A stretch of DNA of 64,000 nt from Pavona decussata (taxonomy: Eukaryota). The DNA is taken from assembly GCA_977016875.1 (NCBI GenBank), contig CDRNST010000122.1, positions 1,984,001-2,048,000 on the forward strand. The letters are read 5' to 3'. The notes under the pieces were generated by a model. That model made no database searches, had not been told where the DNA came from, and saw nothing but the letters and a program-made list of their open reading frames with translations. Both the position numbers and the translations under genes were made by a program. Positions within the stretch are counted from its first letter, which is position 1, and each line of letters begins with the position of its first letter. Of the stretch, positions 38,709 through 54,100 are shown piece by piece.

Positions 38709-41468
38709 TTTGCCAGTAACCTTGTGTTTAGTGAAGTCGGGAGCTAAGTTAATCCCACGCAACTGGCTGAAGTATTTGAATGAACTTGAAAGCTATGCGA
38801 AAGCATTGAACAAGTGGAAATGAGGGGCGTTGATTTAAAGTTCCAAAATGTTCTTTTCAGAAAGCTGTCATTTATCCACGCTTGGCTTCCAAAATAAGCT
38901 GTTTAGAACAACGCGATTGGTTAATTTTGCATCACTTCTGTGACCGTCTTTCATTGTAAAGAATAAAACTTAGTAGTCAATAGTCAGACATGAAAAATAT
39001 GGATCCTGTACCTCTGTGGAACAAAGTTTGTATCAACCCACGTACCGGTGCTTAACAGACCAAATAACGTATCTCTGTTTGTATGTTTGTCAACTTTTCA
39101 CTGTTTGCGTTTCGACGAAAACAGCATATTTAACTTTGGCAGGCTTATTGTTCTAGAATTTCTAAGGGCGTTCATGCGTAGAGAGTGTTATTGAAAAACC
39201 AAGGCCGGGCTGATACAGGCAATGAAAGGTAGTTTGGAGCAGAGCTTTTCGATTCATTTCATCAAACATGTTGTGCTAAAGTGCTTCTTCGATAAAAAAA
39301 GGAAGGCGTTGGTTAAAGCTTTTTGAAATAGTGCAGTTACCTTCCTGCGGTGACCTAAGGGAATGGTTTCTACTTTATGGAAGTCATTTGCATATTGACC
39401 AGCCGGGTTGACTCATTAAACTCAGCAATTAATTATATACAACCGGAATGGGAAACATTGACTTGAATGTACTTAAAAGTACGTCACTAAACTTAACCAA
39501 ACTATTCAAAGTCTTCAGTGGAAGCTGTTTACACGATCAAATTTATCAACCGACTTCGCTGAAAAAATGGCTTCAGTCGGTGAAAACAACTCGTCTTTGT
39601 TCTTTTAATCCGGCAATGGCGCTTTCACTGGCAGTTGTTGTCAAGTTGTAGACAAATTAAGGTATAAATCGCAACGAAATATCTTACAATAAAGGCTGAC
39701 TATTTCACTAGAATCGTGCTTGTATTTTATTGGCCAAACTTAGGGTTACAGTAAAGCAATTGGCGTCGGTAAACCCTACATAGTTGCAATTTGCACATTC
39801 TTGGTCAGCCAATTGTGTTTCGCGACAATGCCTACATACCTGGATGTTTTGTTTTGTGAGTAAATCCTTCTAGAACCAAAACAGATATGCACTGCAGATT
39901 TCAAAAAGAATAATACATTGCATGATAATGCGAGTCACGTACACAACTTTAAAATTGCTTCATTTATTATTACAACAAAAAACTTTAGTGAGAACTTTAA
40001 AAATTTGTTTCCGAACTTTAAACTTTAACCAATTTTATAGAATTTCATTATCCAACAAAGCAGGACCTTTTAGGCTGTCGGTGCTTAAACGATGCAAACA
40101 TTGTCCCGGTTAATGAGACCCCGCTGTTCAATTCTTTAGGAATTAAGACTGCGCTACTTTATTAGGACGAAGACAAAACGCGCAACAGGGAGATACTGAC
40201 TTTGTTGAGAAACCTTCGGGCGAGGGGTGCGGTTGGACGGGGAAAGCAGAGCCTTATTCCCCCAGCGGAGTCTGCAGGATATCTTATGTTATTAAAAACT
40301 GGAACATTGGATAACGCAATTCCAGGGATTTGATTGGCTTAGCGGCCATGGGATATCAGCCATTGTATCATGCCCGAGAAATAGCGGCAATGTGTTTGTA
40401 CTCATGAGTGCCGTTGTCTTTGTGTCCTCAGTGAAAACTGGGCCTGGTAAGTTCACATGGGGAAGGCTTGCATCTTACTACATGCCACTGCCCGGCTAGC
40501 TAGGCTTGATAATTGGTGCTTGGTCCGTATATCGAATACAACCATACAGTCAAAGGTTTGTGTTAACACTGAGTGTTTTAAAGTTTTTTAATGAAACACA
40601 GTTGGAATTTTTTGTTACACGTAATCGCAAAATGCTGATTCCCAGCTTAATGCACATTACTAAAAGAAAAGTAATGAAAAATTAACCTTTATAAAAGGTA
40701 TTTTATAGCGATATAAGTCTAAAAAATCGATTATATACACGTCTGTAAATGTAGTTCACACCTTGGCAACTTAGTATACTTAGTACATATGTATCAGTGG
40801 TATTTCACTGTCGAGACTTGGTCTAAACGAGTTTGTAAAGTGCATTCAGTGTTAATCGGTTTAAAGTCAAAAAATAAGACTGCTGTTCAATCTATACCCT
40901 CCTTTCCTATAACGGAACGTTTCATGGCGATAAATAAAATACATCAGGCAGCGTGACTGCAATACTAATGGTTCGTTTTCGTTAGCTTAGCTATGGCGCA
41001 ACTTCGTAACCACCGTTACGACTTATGCGAAGATTTTGCGCGGGAAAAACGTCTAGGAGTAGACTAGATATGTTACAAATTGCTATTTTACGCACTCGTA
41101 TTTCACTATCTAAGGCAAACCGAAGCCAATGGCCGTTACCGACCCTCCACTTCAGCCTAACATTTGCACGCAAACACTTTATATAAAACTAACTTTACAC
41201 AGAATGAAAATATAAAGTTGTAATGACTGACTGAATGAGTAAAGATGATTAGATACTTTGTCAAACGTTAACTAAACTGGTATCAGTTATCATAAAATAA
41301 CACACCGTCCTCTTAGTAACACCTGGTATTACCGTTATGTAAGCTTTTCTTTTAAGATATGACTGAGTCTAATGAATGTTTTATCGTATATACATGTATG
41401 TTCGTGGAAACGTGTGCACACTTTAGTAAAGATTGTTTTCATGTGAAATTTGAGGCAACAAACAGTTT

Positions 41469-44400
41469 TCAGGCGTAACAGTCATAAAGCGACCTCTTAT
41501 GCTTGCTGAGTTGAGATGCTTGGGAAAATGTCTTGTAGCACTTGTTACAGGAGAAGGGCCGCTCTCCAGTGTGCGTGCGCACGTGATTATTCAGAGTCGT
41601 CGCTCCAGCAAATGTGCGCGAGCAATATCCGCACTTGAATGGCTTTTTCCCTGAGTGAATGACAGCATGCGTGCGCAGCTCATTAGGATGAGCGAATTCC
41701 TGGGCGCAGTGACCACACTGGTAAGGCCTGTTTGTATTTCTTGGGCAGCTGTGCACTTGAAGGAGGCTTCGCTGCGCAAAAGATTTGTTACATTGACCAC
41801 AGTGCCATATTTTGGGTTCGCCGTTCTCCAAGATGAATTCACCGTCTGCAACTCGAGGCCATTCGCAAGGCAGTTCTGTCTTGTCCTTAAGGCGTGCCTC
41901 TTCTAACTTTTGTAGCATTTCTTTAGAACCGTCTTTCTTCTGGGTTATTTGCTGTGTTTTGAGCTTCTTGGAGTTGCGGTCGTTTTCTTCATGTTTCCGT
42001 TTGACAGCATCCTTTTGCATCTGTTTGCTTGTGTTTTCCCTTTCTGTTGCGCCGGGTGATTTTCGAGCTCTGGTTTGTGGAGAGAGTGGTGTGTGATAAG
42101 GTGACTTTCTCTGGCTTGGTGCTTGCGCATGCAAAGATGCCGGTGTTACAGCGACGGAAATTGGAGCGGAAACTGAGGCGACCTTCTGTCCATCTGTGTA
42201 CGAAGTTGCTGCAGGTGGATAAGGCCTTGGTCCTAAAGAAATGAAGTAATATGCATTGAATGTTTTGGTTCACCACAAGAATAACAGAAAATGAAATGTC
42301 TACAGTTGTGGAGAATGTTTTCAGATATAAGGAATAATAAACACCGGGGGAACTATGTGTAATGTATTCTAAAAAATTGTTGACGTAAAAGAAATGTCCA
42401 AAGAAGCGATACGATCATAGGCAGGACACACCATTAACAGCAGTAGAAGAAATCGCTGCTGTTTCAAATGATGCTGAGTCTCACTGCCATTCACTGAATC
42501 AAAAGAATGGAACCACAATAATGGTGTCACTATGAGAGCGCAGGAGGAAAGAGAGCATCAAGTTAGACTCACCCGTCGAGTTCAAGTCGTGGATGCTTAA
42601 AGGGATCCCAAAGTATTGCGGGTACACATCTTCGTACCACACCAGAAGCTCTGTGCCCACGGGGATGTCCTTGAAAGCTCGGTAATAGATGTTACCACAG
42701 TACTGGAACGCAAACAGGTTTTGCTCGTTTATGTGACGTGCGCACTTTATGAATCGCATCCAGCTGGAAGATTCCTCGTCTGTGGCATCGAGATAGTACA
42801 ACAGTCTTCCTTCTTTGTAGATCTAACATAAAACAGGGTCGACATTAATATTAAATAGATAAGGGGTTAGTTTCTAAAGAAACTGTGGTGCGACCTTTTT
42901 GTCGTTTTCATATGACTTAATGTTTGACAGAATTATTTGTGTTTTAGTAAGATTTTAGGGTAGGGGACACTTTGTGATGTCTATCATACAGTTCATGCAT
43001 CTCATTAGCGTACATTTCTGGACATATCTCGCTGCGTTGGTGGGGGAGTGAAAGCGAATGTTTGGTTTTATCAACAGAGTTAGTAAGGTCATTTCGCCAC
43101 CATAAGGACGTTCGAGAGATGACGTCTTCGTCGACTGAACGGTTAACTCTCGAAGGATCAGCTGTCAATCTCTCTAGAGTGGCGAAATGACTTTATCAAC
43201 TTAGTTGATAAAGCCAAATATTCGGTACCATTGATATTAGATTATTCAAAGTTGAATCAATCCTCAATAGCAGTAGATAAAGAGTCTTGTCCTTTTCTCT
43301 CTTTAGTTTCGCTTTCGCATCCTTAGAGCACCCAACTCAGTAAGCTTGGGCGAATTTGGCGAAATGTATTCTTGGAGAGAATAGAGAAATAAACAAAAAG
43401 GAAAGGAATGTACGACAATTTTCATATGAGCGGATACACTAAAACCTTTTCAAATGTAAACCGCAACTGATCATTTTGCCCAGAAATTAATAGTTAATAC
43501 TAGTTATTATCATGCACACAATAACTTATCATAGAAGCTAAAGGAAAGTACTGCTCGGTAGCTTTCATTTGAATGGTCACTCTTTATGATTTCATCCACA
43601 GACTAAAAAGTTAGAACCACCTTGTACAGCATAATAAACAGCACCACAGGAAAGTACTGCTCAGTGGCTTTCATTTAAATGGTCACACTTTAGGGTTTCA
43701 TGCACAGAGTCAAATGTTAGAATCACCTTGTACAGCATAATAAACAGCACCACAGGAAAGGAATGCTCAGTAGCTTTTATTTGAAATGTTACACTTAAGC
43801 ATTTCTGCCATGTTTTAATGCATCAAGGTATACTTCACGAGAAAAGGGAACATAGATATCGTTCCTGTCTCACCTCCCACAAGTAAGAAGAGTCCATGTT
43901 TGGGTTGATAGCATCAGGGGCTATCCGTCTTCCCTCGTAAGGTCCGATCCATGTTCCGACAGGGATGTGTTGCCTAGCAGCCACACCATACTTCTTCCCT
44001 GGAATGCTGGACTTGCATAGCTGGACAACATCCGGGAATGACTTGATGGCATAGCTGTTCCAATCCACCTGACTGTCAGATTCAGCCGTCGTGTTGTAGG
44101 TCGAGTGGATTGGGCAGCAGATCGCATATAGCTTGTTACAGCTTCTGCAAACTAAATAACGACAAAAATTGAAATGAAATGCAAGTCACTGTCGCGTGAT
44201 GTTTGTATCATATCCTATTTCAATTTGAGGAAGAATTTCCAAAGCTTGACCACCCAGAGAAACACCTTTTTGCGTGGTACTGTGGGTGAAATCCTAAAGT
44301 GTGACCGTTAAAGTGAAAGCTACTGAGCAGTAGGTGTTACTTTTTGTGGTGCTGTTTTTTTTTTATATTGTTTGAGTCTTTGTATATGTAATCGCATTAA

Positions 44401-46287
44401 GCCGAGTCGCTGCCGCCACGAGGGCAATTCGCGAAAATTTTGAAAATACAAGTGAAAATTAATCCTTAATTCTACAAGGACTCATAGCGATTACGTGTTT
44501 ATAACATAGAGGGGAAAATTTTCTTAAAACTATCGACGGAGGCACTTCGTAAAACAGTCAGTCCCGGCTTTGAGTAAAAACACTCACCCGTAAGCAAAAC
44601 AAACAAACAATTCGCTTGTTTCTTAGCGTACAAAACAGACAAAACGAGAAAAGTTGACTGTCATATGTATGTAATTAAAAAACTAACAACAATTAAAATC
44701 AAACGTTAGGCCTCAATTAATTGATTCACCTGCCCTGTGGACCTTTCTACCGCTTGAAAATTACACGAACACAGATCGATAAAAATAATAAACAATGGGT
44801 CCAAAAAAATGAAATTGCAGAGTAATTTCTTCCATTAAATTTGATCTGCTCCATCCCCCCATCAAAAGGGCACTGTTATTAAGTTCGGTTATCGTTCGTT
44901 GGAAGAAGCCGTAGCGAGGTGAAAGCACTTGGTCGCGGCCATGAATGATTTCAGTTTTTCTCTACCAAACAAATCCGATCAAGTTTTTAGCTTTTGACAC
45001 AAATTATCTCTTGCTGTTTCTTGAAAGAAACGAAAGTTCACCTTTAGGAATTTCCTGTAGCAATTGATTTCCAGGTATTTGTGGCACAAACACTCCGGCT
45101 TAAAAAGTCAAAATCTAAAGAACCTGAAAGAAGTCTTGTTGTTGCGGCACAAAATAAAGAAACCAACTAAATGTAGAGATGGCGCGCTCAGCCAATCAGG
45201 AGCAAGCATCTTCGCCCCTCGACGAATCAGGAGTGAGTAGTTTTGCCCTCGGTGAAAGGAAAATTAAGAAAAAAATGCCCTCTGTTTTGACCAATCAGCT
45301 TTCAGTAATTTTGCCTTCTGTGTTACAAGGATTGGAAATGTTAAGGCGCCTTAACACGCCAAACAAAAGTTGACAACTGGAGTTGGCACGTGTGAACTTT
45401 GCAACAACGGCTGGCAAACAGGTTGGCAAACTGTTGGTAACACTAATAGAACTTGTCTCTATTCTGGCCAACTTATCCAACTTTTTCACCATTTTTTTCT
45501 GTTAGCAAACGCATATTTCACGTGTCAAAAGAAAGACTGTCAAACGGGACTTGTTCACTTTTAACCAATCAAAATGTCGCGCTATCTGAAGCTGCGCCAA
45601 GATGCTCGCATGAGGCGCCATGTTGGCATTTTTTGCTTTATTATTAGAGTTTTTCAACTTTTGTTTACCTTGTGAAAGCACCTTTAAAGTGTGACCATTC
45701 ACATGAAAGCTCTCGAGTGTCACTTTACTGAAGGAAGTATTGTCTGATAGCGGCTTGATCAAAGTCCACTTACATCGTGTGTGACCCCCATTCAGTCACC
45801 CTCTGTTTCTTTCAGGATTGTTAAAAGCCGCGGAATGGAGTTTAAATTTCAATGAAAATAAAATACTTCCAAGTGAAAGCAAATCAGAAGCCTTTTGTAA
45901 GTGATCAATTTTTTTTCATGTCTGTGAAATAGAATTTGTTGGGTGTTTCAATTTTGAAACGATGGATATATGAAAATGATGAATGCAAACAAACACTAGC
46001 AACCAACCAACCATCCTTTAAACAAATAAACAGTATAAAATCTCTAACTTACAAGAAGGGCGCATTTCCCTGTCCGTTCCGTTCTCTGTCATTTTCTTGG
46101 GTCTTGAGTCTTCAAGGTTAATCACTTCAACATTTCCACTTTTCTGGTGTAGACAGTTGTACAAATCCTCCGCCGTGAACGTATAATATCTTGATGATTT
46201 CATCGCGGCTTCTCTTTGTGGTTGTGCTTTTACAAAGCTGTTCAACTGGGGCCTCAAAGGCGGCTTTGCAATTGTGGAAGCCTGCAT
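41469..46287 (-). CDS. PRDM6: PRDM6-like protein, paralog 6 (~508 aa). Exons 46287-46053, 44151-43874, 42822-42573, 42232-41469
   Basis: [11 protein letters not shown]; knuckle FCRSC..CPIH; [27 protein letters not shown]; four fingers with GATTLNNH. Exon sum 1527 nt. Start codon is the first in-frame ATG (inferred). Confidence 0.88.
43066..43224. repeat. Palindromic Penelope-derived element (degenerate)
   Basis: GAATGTTTGGTTTTATCAAC..AAGGTCATTTCGCCAC mirrored by GTGGCGAAATGACTTT..GTTGATAAAGCCAAATATTC; related to the element at 59133-59240. Penelope assignment is from family resemblance. Confidence 0.55.
43543..43800 (-). repeat. 106-bp satellite, about 2.5 copies, inverted relative to the 50-51 kb array
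   Basis: Reverse complement of TTCAAATGAAAGCTACTGAGCAGTACTTTCCTGTGGTGCTGTTTATTATGCTGTACAAGGTG; single fragments also near 14575, 44290 and 45685. Confidence 0.85.
44501..45327. mobile_element. Probable non-autonomous DNA element in a paralog 6 intron
   Basis: ATAACATAGAGGGGAAAATT ... AATTTTGCCTTCTGTGTTAC imperfect inverted ends; no clear target duplication. Confidence 0.45.
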
Positions 46288-49200
46288 TTTAGACAAAGTA
46301 GATAAACGATGATGATGATGACTGTGAAGAATCTTCAAAATTGTGTTGTTGGTGTAATTTATAATTGTTTTTCAGCTGTTTTTTAGTAGAAAAATCAGAA
46401 AAGTTAACAAATCTGTGCTATTTCACTCAAGAGGAAAAACTAAAGAGATGTTTCAGCTTTGTTACTCGACAATACGAACTCTGAGTGTGGTAAATGTATA
46501 TTGATAAACTTAAGTGAGCGCGTAGGGCAGCTATATCGGCAGTGCAACATACGTCAGTTTTAAATTACTGATACAATAAAACTGAGATATTTCACATAAT
46601 CTTTCTGCAACGTAGAACAAGCGATAAAAATAGGAACGCGGCAAATATACAGGCGGTGTTGTATATTGGTTTTTCTTTAGAATGTTTGTGATCAATTATT
46701 AGTTCTGACTCAAGTGTTGAAATATCACTAATGGCGATTACGTTTAAAGTCTACTTGTAAACAAAGAAGATTAATTCTGTATATTTTTATACTGTTAATG
46801 AGACGTGAAATGAAACAAAAGTCGGAAAACAACAGTAACCAACAAATACGCGGCCATCGCTGATTGGCTGAGAAACGTTACGTAACTTGAAAATATAAAA
46901 TACGGTAACAATTAAAACTAACGAGTTGTCAATAAAAGTTGCAGGCAAGAAATAAACACAATTTCTCAGTTTGCCTCTTTCAAGTTGTTTGATTACATGG
47001 AAGAATAAACCATTTCGGCCTCATGAACGTTTAAGCTCGAAACGTTTAAAGTTTCCTGTGAAACAAGCAGCGCTTCAGGAACGTTTTAAAAGCACTACTC
47101 AACAGTTTCGTTGAATTTGTCGTCGAGATTTTTGCCCTAAGTTTCAAAAGTCGTGGAATCCTGTCGCCTTAACTTGTCTTTTTAACTTGTGTTCATTTAC
47201 AAAATATCACCAAAACATTAACCACGACATAAGCAGGATAATGTCCTTATCATCTAAATGGTGAGTTTTTTTTCGTCCGTCGGTTTCAGACTCTTAATTA
47301 AATAAGACGCAAGTTATAAACTAAATACTGAATGATATTAGAGTAGAATAAAACGTAATAGAGTCGTTTTTGTGGACTTAGCATCAGCTGGGCTTATTAT
47401 AAAATATAAATAATAATAAAAAAGAGGATATTGAGTTCGTGTGGGTTCACGTCCGAATTAAGTATTCAATTTCCCAAACAAGAAGAAGAAGAAGAAGGAG
47501 AAAGTACCTGAGAATTTTGAACTGTAAACCAATTCAGTTTTGAAATCGTTCTATACTCTTAACAATACCTTGATAAATACTTTGGCTTAAATATCAAAAT
47601 CAGTGCTTGACCTTAACCACTAAAAGCTACTAAAGGTTGAGCTCAGACTTAAAACTTGGCTCCTACGTCTGAAAAATCAGTACTTGAGCCCAAATGCTAC
47701 TATATTTTGCTCAGACTAAAACTGTAAAATACATGCAGACAATCATAAAATAAGGAAATCCAATGAAAATCTTATTGAACAATAGCAAAATCGTTAAAGG
47801 TTTGTTTGCAACTAGTAGCACCGCACAACCTTTGACGCAATCCTTGAAATATTCGAGAATAAAATTGATTAATGTGATATTAGATCGAGCGGAATAGCGC
47901 GATTGCTATATCATCTATGTTAGTTTTGCTTTTAAATAATTCCTTCTTTTACAAAAATATTTATTCGTTCCCAAGTTTCAGGTGAGATAAAGTAATTTAA
48001 AGTGGAGCCTCAAAACAACAGATCAGACGTTGCTTAGTAAGTTTCCATTCTCTTCAAATTTTCCACGCTGTCGTCTTAAATATATCCTCTATTCGAAACG
48101 CTGTCACCTTGCGATCTTAGTGCCGATTATGCTTTTTAGCGTTACGGGGCTTTCTTTCAAATAAAGCTATTTAATTTGCATCGAAGTAGCAATTTATTTA
48201 ATAAAATTTCAGCATTCCTTTACTCACAATCGACCAGATACATTTCATACGCGCGACCATTATTAAGATAATATTAACCAATATATCAGGAAACGCTTTT
48301 GAAGAGAACTTGCCTTCACTGGTTTTGCAAAAACGAAAACTTCATTTTCATTCCAACTGTTTGCATTTTTTATCCTTTCGTAAATAAGTTGTGTAATTTT
48401 TAAATTCAAGTAATAAAAGTGACAGACTTATATTTCTAACTAAAATAGTAAAAAGTACGTTTTGTACACAATATTACCACAAAGGAAACCCACACTTACC
48501 ATACTGTAAAAAGCAAATTCTCTTTTTATCGTGCAAGCTGAATGACGTATTCTTTTTGTACCCAAGTTTTTCGGTATCACAAGAATTCCTTCTCGCCGCA
48601 AATTAGCGAACACTCCTCTTCAAGTTTATGCAGAATTTGATCCTTGTCAAAATACTAAAAAGCTTAGCCTTAATTATCAAGGGCAATACTTGTTGTCATG
48701 TTGTGACATTGTTTAAAGCTACACTTGGGCTAATCTGGTAACTTGCCATGGAAACTTTATAAACACAAGATATGAACCTTTGCTAATCAAACGATGTCTG
48801 TTAAGCATAGCAGCTCTGATTAGCGGCAGTTTTGCTCCGATCATGTTACGTTAAAACATTGACGTAAAATTACTAATAATAAATTTTTAATTAACTGCAA
48901 ATCTATTTATATATTTACAAAATCAGACATTAAGACGTTAAGACATTAACCTTTTAACACGAGGGTAAAATGTTCATGGAGTCATTCTTAAAATTAGAAA
49001 ATGAAGCAAACTGATAAACTTAGAACAGAGATCTCTCAAAGAGCAACATTTAACACGATTTCAATATTACAAACCTCAGTGTATTCTAGTGCGTAGAGAT
49101 ATTTTGTTGATATTATTTGTTTTCAACAAAAAATAGTAAACTGAAAACTGCCAATATACTTGGTATGAATGCCCCATATACTTCTTTCTCGTTTCATCAT

Positions 49201-50049
49201 TTTTGTTGTTACTTTCAAGCCACTCTTGTATTAGATGAATCGATATAAGTAAAAGGTCATTGCAATACCTCCTCAATATTTTGAGCAAAATATTATAAAG
49301 TGGACCAATATTCAGTATTGTGATAAGTGATGTTATATCTTGGAACCGAAACAGTATGAGAAAAATGTAGACTAGTTTTCTGGAAAGAAAAACATCAAAG
49401 TCATTTTGTTGCAGATTTGTGTCCACAATGTTTTCTCTATCAATTCGTTAAACTGGTAGAAGTTAATGGTCGCTCGCACCCTATTGCAACACTACGCGCG
49501 AGAAGTATCGATGTTGATGAAGAATTTAAGGCTCGGGGAAAAACAACAATTTTTTGTTGTTTGAATATTTAGTTGCTTTGCCCTCATAAAATTTTCCAGC
49601 GCCGTTTGTGGCAACAACGGGTCGGCATGCGTCGTGTCGTTTTGTACTTAGAATATACAAATCCCAAATAGGAGTACACAGTCCCAACCATTTGGGAAGC
49701 TATATAAACAAAAAGGTTTCTGCTAAACATTCAGTTATCGGTTTGATTTGTTCATATTTCAATGTACAATACGAATAATGTCCGTTTCAAGCGTACGCAT
49801 CTGGTAAGAATGTGAAAGCTTCTAGAAGACACAGCTTTTTAAAGGCGGCAACGTGAAACAGGATCGCTGTTAGTTATGGAATGAGATTAAAGCAAAACGA
49901 TAAATATTGACATTTATTTTTCGTTCAATATTTCAAGACAAATAATATAACTCCTCTAGTATTAGCCTATCACGATAAATATAGCTTGTTGGCTTTGTTC
50001 GTGGGTTTAAGCATAGTGGCAAACTGATTCCATGTATTAAGTCTTGTCA

Positions 50050-51150
50050 CTTCAAGCCCACAATTTTGAGTCAGGTGATGAGGTTCAATGTTATGAGTCT
50101 GCGGATGAAATCCTTGAGTGTGACAACCAAACAAAACCCACTGAGAAGTGCTTTCTTGTGGTACTTTGTGTTACGGTGTACATTGTGGTTCTAACTATTA
50201 TGTGTAGACGAAATTCTATTGTGGAAACTGTGGAATAAAAGCTAATGAGCAATACTTTGCACTTTCTATTATGATGTACGATGTAGTTCTACATTTTAGG
50301 CGTTAATGAAATTCTGTGTGAACTTTCGAATAAAAGCTACAGAGCAATCTTGAATCTTTAATCTTTAATAGAGGTACTCCTAAAACAGTAAAACCTATAC
50401 TAGGAGGAATACCTTACGACACCTTCCATTATGCTGTAGGATGTGGTTCAGTCAAAATTTTTAAAATTTGGATGTAATCCTATTGTGTGAACTTTCAAAT
50501 AAAAGTTACTGACCAGTACTTTCCTGTGGTGCAGTTTATTATGCTGTACAATGTGGTTTTAACTTTTGAGTAAGTAGATGAGATCCTAAAGTTTGACTAT
50601 TCAAGTGACAGCTACTGAGCAGTACTTTCCTGTGGTGCTGTTTATTATGCTTTACAAGGTGGTTTTAACTTTTCAGTCAGTAGATGAAATCCTAAAGTGT
50701 GACCATTCAAATGACAGCTACTAAGCAGTACTTCCCTGTAGTGCTGTTTATTATGTTGTACAAGGTGGGTTTAGCTTTTGAGTCAGTAGATGAAATCCTA
50801 AAGTGTGACCATTCAAATGAAAGCTACTGAGAAGTACTTCCCTGTAGTGCTGTTTATTATTCTGTACAAGGTGGTTTTACCTTTTGAGTCAGTAGACAGT
50901 GAAATCCTAGTGTGACCATTCAAATGACAGCTACCAAGCGTTACTTTCCTATGGTGTTGATTTTGATGCTGTACAAAGTGGTTCTAGCTGTTGAGCATGG
51001 AGATGAAATGCTAGCTGTCGAGCAGTATTTACAAGTGATGTTTTTTTCTTTTTTTAATTATGCTATTCAAGGAAGTTTTAACTTTTGAGTCTGTGCCAAG
51101 ATGAAGCCTGAATTAGCTATGACCATTCAAATGAAAGCTGCTGTGCAGTG
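50050..51150 (+). repeat. Tandem array of a ~106-bp satellite
   Basis: GACCATTCAAATGA recurs at 50701 and 50807 (106-bp period). The best-conserved units lie at about 50490-50990 with degenerate units on both sides. Confidence 0.92.
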
Positions 51151-54100
51151 TTTGCTGCGTTCTGTTTTTTCTTAACAGCATTGTGCGAAATGACACTTTA
51201 CACCCTTTTGTTTAGTTTGTAATTTCGACCGCTACTTTTGGTACAAAAATTGTAAAAATAGAAATTAATCTTTATGTGTGGAACACGCAGTATAACAGGA
51301 AACGAGTTTACTATATTGTTCTAAAATAGATTTCAACGGCATAACGCAGTAATATAAGTGCTTGTAACATTGCACCGCGGAACGAATGGAAGCTACCTGC
51401 AATAGTTGCTGTACTTCTAATATCACTGCCCATTAGACGGTATATTGAATGATTAACTCGATGGAAGTACTTTGTGATGGGTATCTATAAATGTGTTTAC
51501 ACATTGGTATTTACATTGGTTTCTAAGCAACCAAAAAAAGAACAGAACCAAAAAAAACAGCACTTCTTTCCTTTTTCTTGCTTAAACTGTGGCCTTTGAT
51601 ATCCCTTTTATGTACTTTATTGGTTTAGGCAATAAGGAGCTCGCATTTACCGTTCTTAGCAATAAACAACTATCACAATTTCTTGCAATGTTAAAAGATT
51701 ATATTACGTCATACATTGCGAATTTGAAATCTATTATCTGGGCCCAATATTATTAGAGATACGCATTTTAAGTTTGGCAATAACAAAAGAACAAGATCCA
51801 TACAAAATCCTCTACAAATAAATTAATTTGTGATATGCAGGTAACGAAATTTTTCAAATCGAGTAATTTCTTGCATGGCCTAACCTTTTTTTTTCTCAAA
51901 TAGCGAGGGAAAAGGGGTTCCTTTGTTTAAGCCGCTTGTGATACCTTCAAATCTCCAGCTTTTTTTGTGATATTGTCTACGTATTTTGTTAAGCAGGCTA
52001 TAAATTGTTAAAAAAAAGGAATAAAAAAATATAATTGAATCATAAACAAGAAGAACTGTGAACAGATAACAACCAACTTTAGGCGAGCTTAGTTGACGAT
52101 TGGTGAGCGAAGGAGCATTTGTTGTGATATGCTTGACCCGATTGCTGAAAATTCTTGATGTCTCTAAAAAAAGGGATTATGGGCCTTATAAAGTTCAGAC
52201 GAGGTTTTCAAGTGAATTAACGGTCTATTTGTGCTAATTTTGGTGTGCTTGTAATTAATTTCACACTTGAATAATCCCACATGTTTAATGAATAGGCTCA
52301 TAAGCGTCCATGCGTGAATTCCTAAGTCAAGCATATAAACACGTTTACCACGTCTGACCAACATCAGCTCCTGATATCAAATAATTTCACTTTGTTGGCG
52401 CTTGTGTAGTTAACTCAAAGTCTAAAATACTTGTCTGCGTTGTACTGCAAGTGTCTTAATGCAAGGTTTTTCTCCGTACCGGTGTGAGTAATCAAACTGA
52501 ACAAAACAGGAAAAAATACTTAACGCATCAGGTATTCCGCCTTTAGATCCCACACACACACAAAAAAAGCTACAGCTATGAGCGGAATATTTATCAAGGA
52601 ACTTTCAGCAAAATGGAGGGCTTTTGGTACGTTTTGCGCAGTTCTGGCAAGAAACAGGAAACCTGGTTAAGGCTTCACAAACAAGTTTGTCTGCTTACTG
52701 AGCACATTAAAGTCAAAGTTTTGTCATGGACGGAAACCTGCGTACATTATGATGCTAGTTTCGGCGCGAAAAACTTACCATCATCTCTTTTGTTCTTCTG
52801 TGTGCTGCGAAACTGAGTTATGCTCAGTTTTTTCTCAGATCTCTTGGAAAGTCTTCGAATTACACTTGGTGACTTTAAGGGATGGATATATCTGACTTCG
52901 TAGTTCGATTTGTAACAGCTGGTAGCAAAAGTAACACGGTCTTGTCTCTCCTAAACGTTCAGCGCTCCTTGCCCTTCAACTGGCGTGCGTAGTGCGGATA
53001 AAGGCTATTATGATGTCAAAACTGTAGATCGGCTCTCTTGTTTTGGGCATTGCCACTTGTTATTATAATGGCCTATCACGGTTCATGGAACAAAGCTCTT
53101 TAGAAATTCATGCAGACAATGAGAGCGAAAAAAACATCTCTTTGAGATTAATTACCGAACTTTTAGATATATTTGATCTTTTCCAAAAACTCGTTGGAAG
53201 GAAGGAAATGTTGCAATCGCTGAAACTAAAACTAGTTGTAGTGGCAATATCTTCACCTGAAAGGAAACTTTGTCGTTGTTGGACGAAAATAGCTCTTGAC
53301 TTGTTCGCTCAAGGACTAACTGTAAAACATTAAGGCTTTTGTCCTAACACGTTTCCAGTCTCAAAAGTTTAGCATCAACTGATGAAGGTCTTTGTTAGGA
53401 AAAGACAATTTAATATCGCGTGGCTTTGTCGGTGTAGTGTGCTATCTTTCATGGTTCATTTAACCCCAGCTGCTACTAACTTTTTCCTGTTTTACTGAAT
53501 TGATAGCCACCGAAAGATTCTTTCGTAACAAAGGAGGTAAAACGGTTGATGATGCTGTATTTGCAAACTTGAATGTGCTTTGTATCTTCTTAGCATTTCT
53601 ACACCATAGTCACCATAGTCATCATAGTAACAACTTCTAAACAATTTTAACTTTCGATACAACCCTCAAATTTACCGTTTACTTTATACAAAAACGTGCA
53701 GCCACGTTGCACAATACCATTCGCTATAGCAAATTCTTGGTTTAATTACCGTGCTTTTAGTAAATATATCATGCCTCTTCTTCCTGACATTAACCACTTT
53801 ATATTTCGCCGAGCTTTTTTGTAATGAACATGAATGTTTTTTTACTGTAAGGGAATGGTTTTTAAGGGTTCAATATCGATGGCAACGTGAGTTAATTTTC
53901 TTTGGCAAATTTACAACTGCTGAAACAAGAGCCAAGTTCACAAGTGGTTAAAAGAATCGCAAAAAACCGCTTGCAAGAATATCGTTCAAGACAGTACTGC
54001 TTAGCTTTTATTTAGGATTCCATTCGCAGAGCAAAAGTTACGTCGGAATGGTTCTGTCAAAGATTTTATCCGTGTTCATCAAGAGTTTGATTTGGCTGAT

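Noticed and set aside
49076-49426. 116-aa ORF in the long spacer
   Set aside because: AT-rich composition-driven ORF with no recognisable motif.
50050-51150. Regularly spaced repeats resembling a CRISPR array
   Set aside because: The whole 106-bp unit repeats with no unique spacers, and the context is eukaryotic; it is a satellite.
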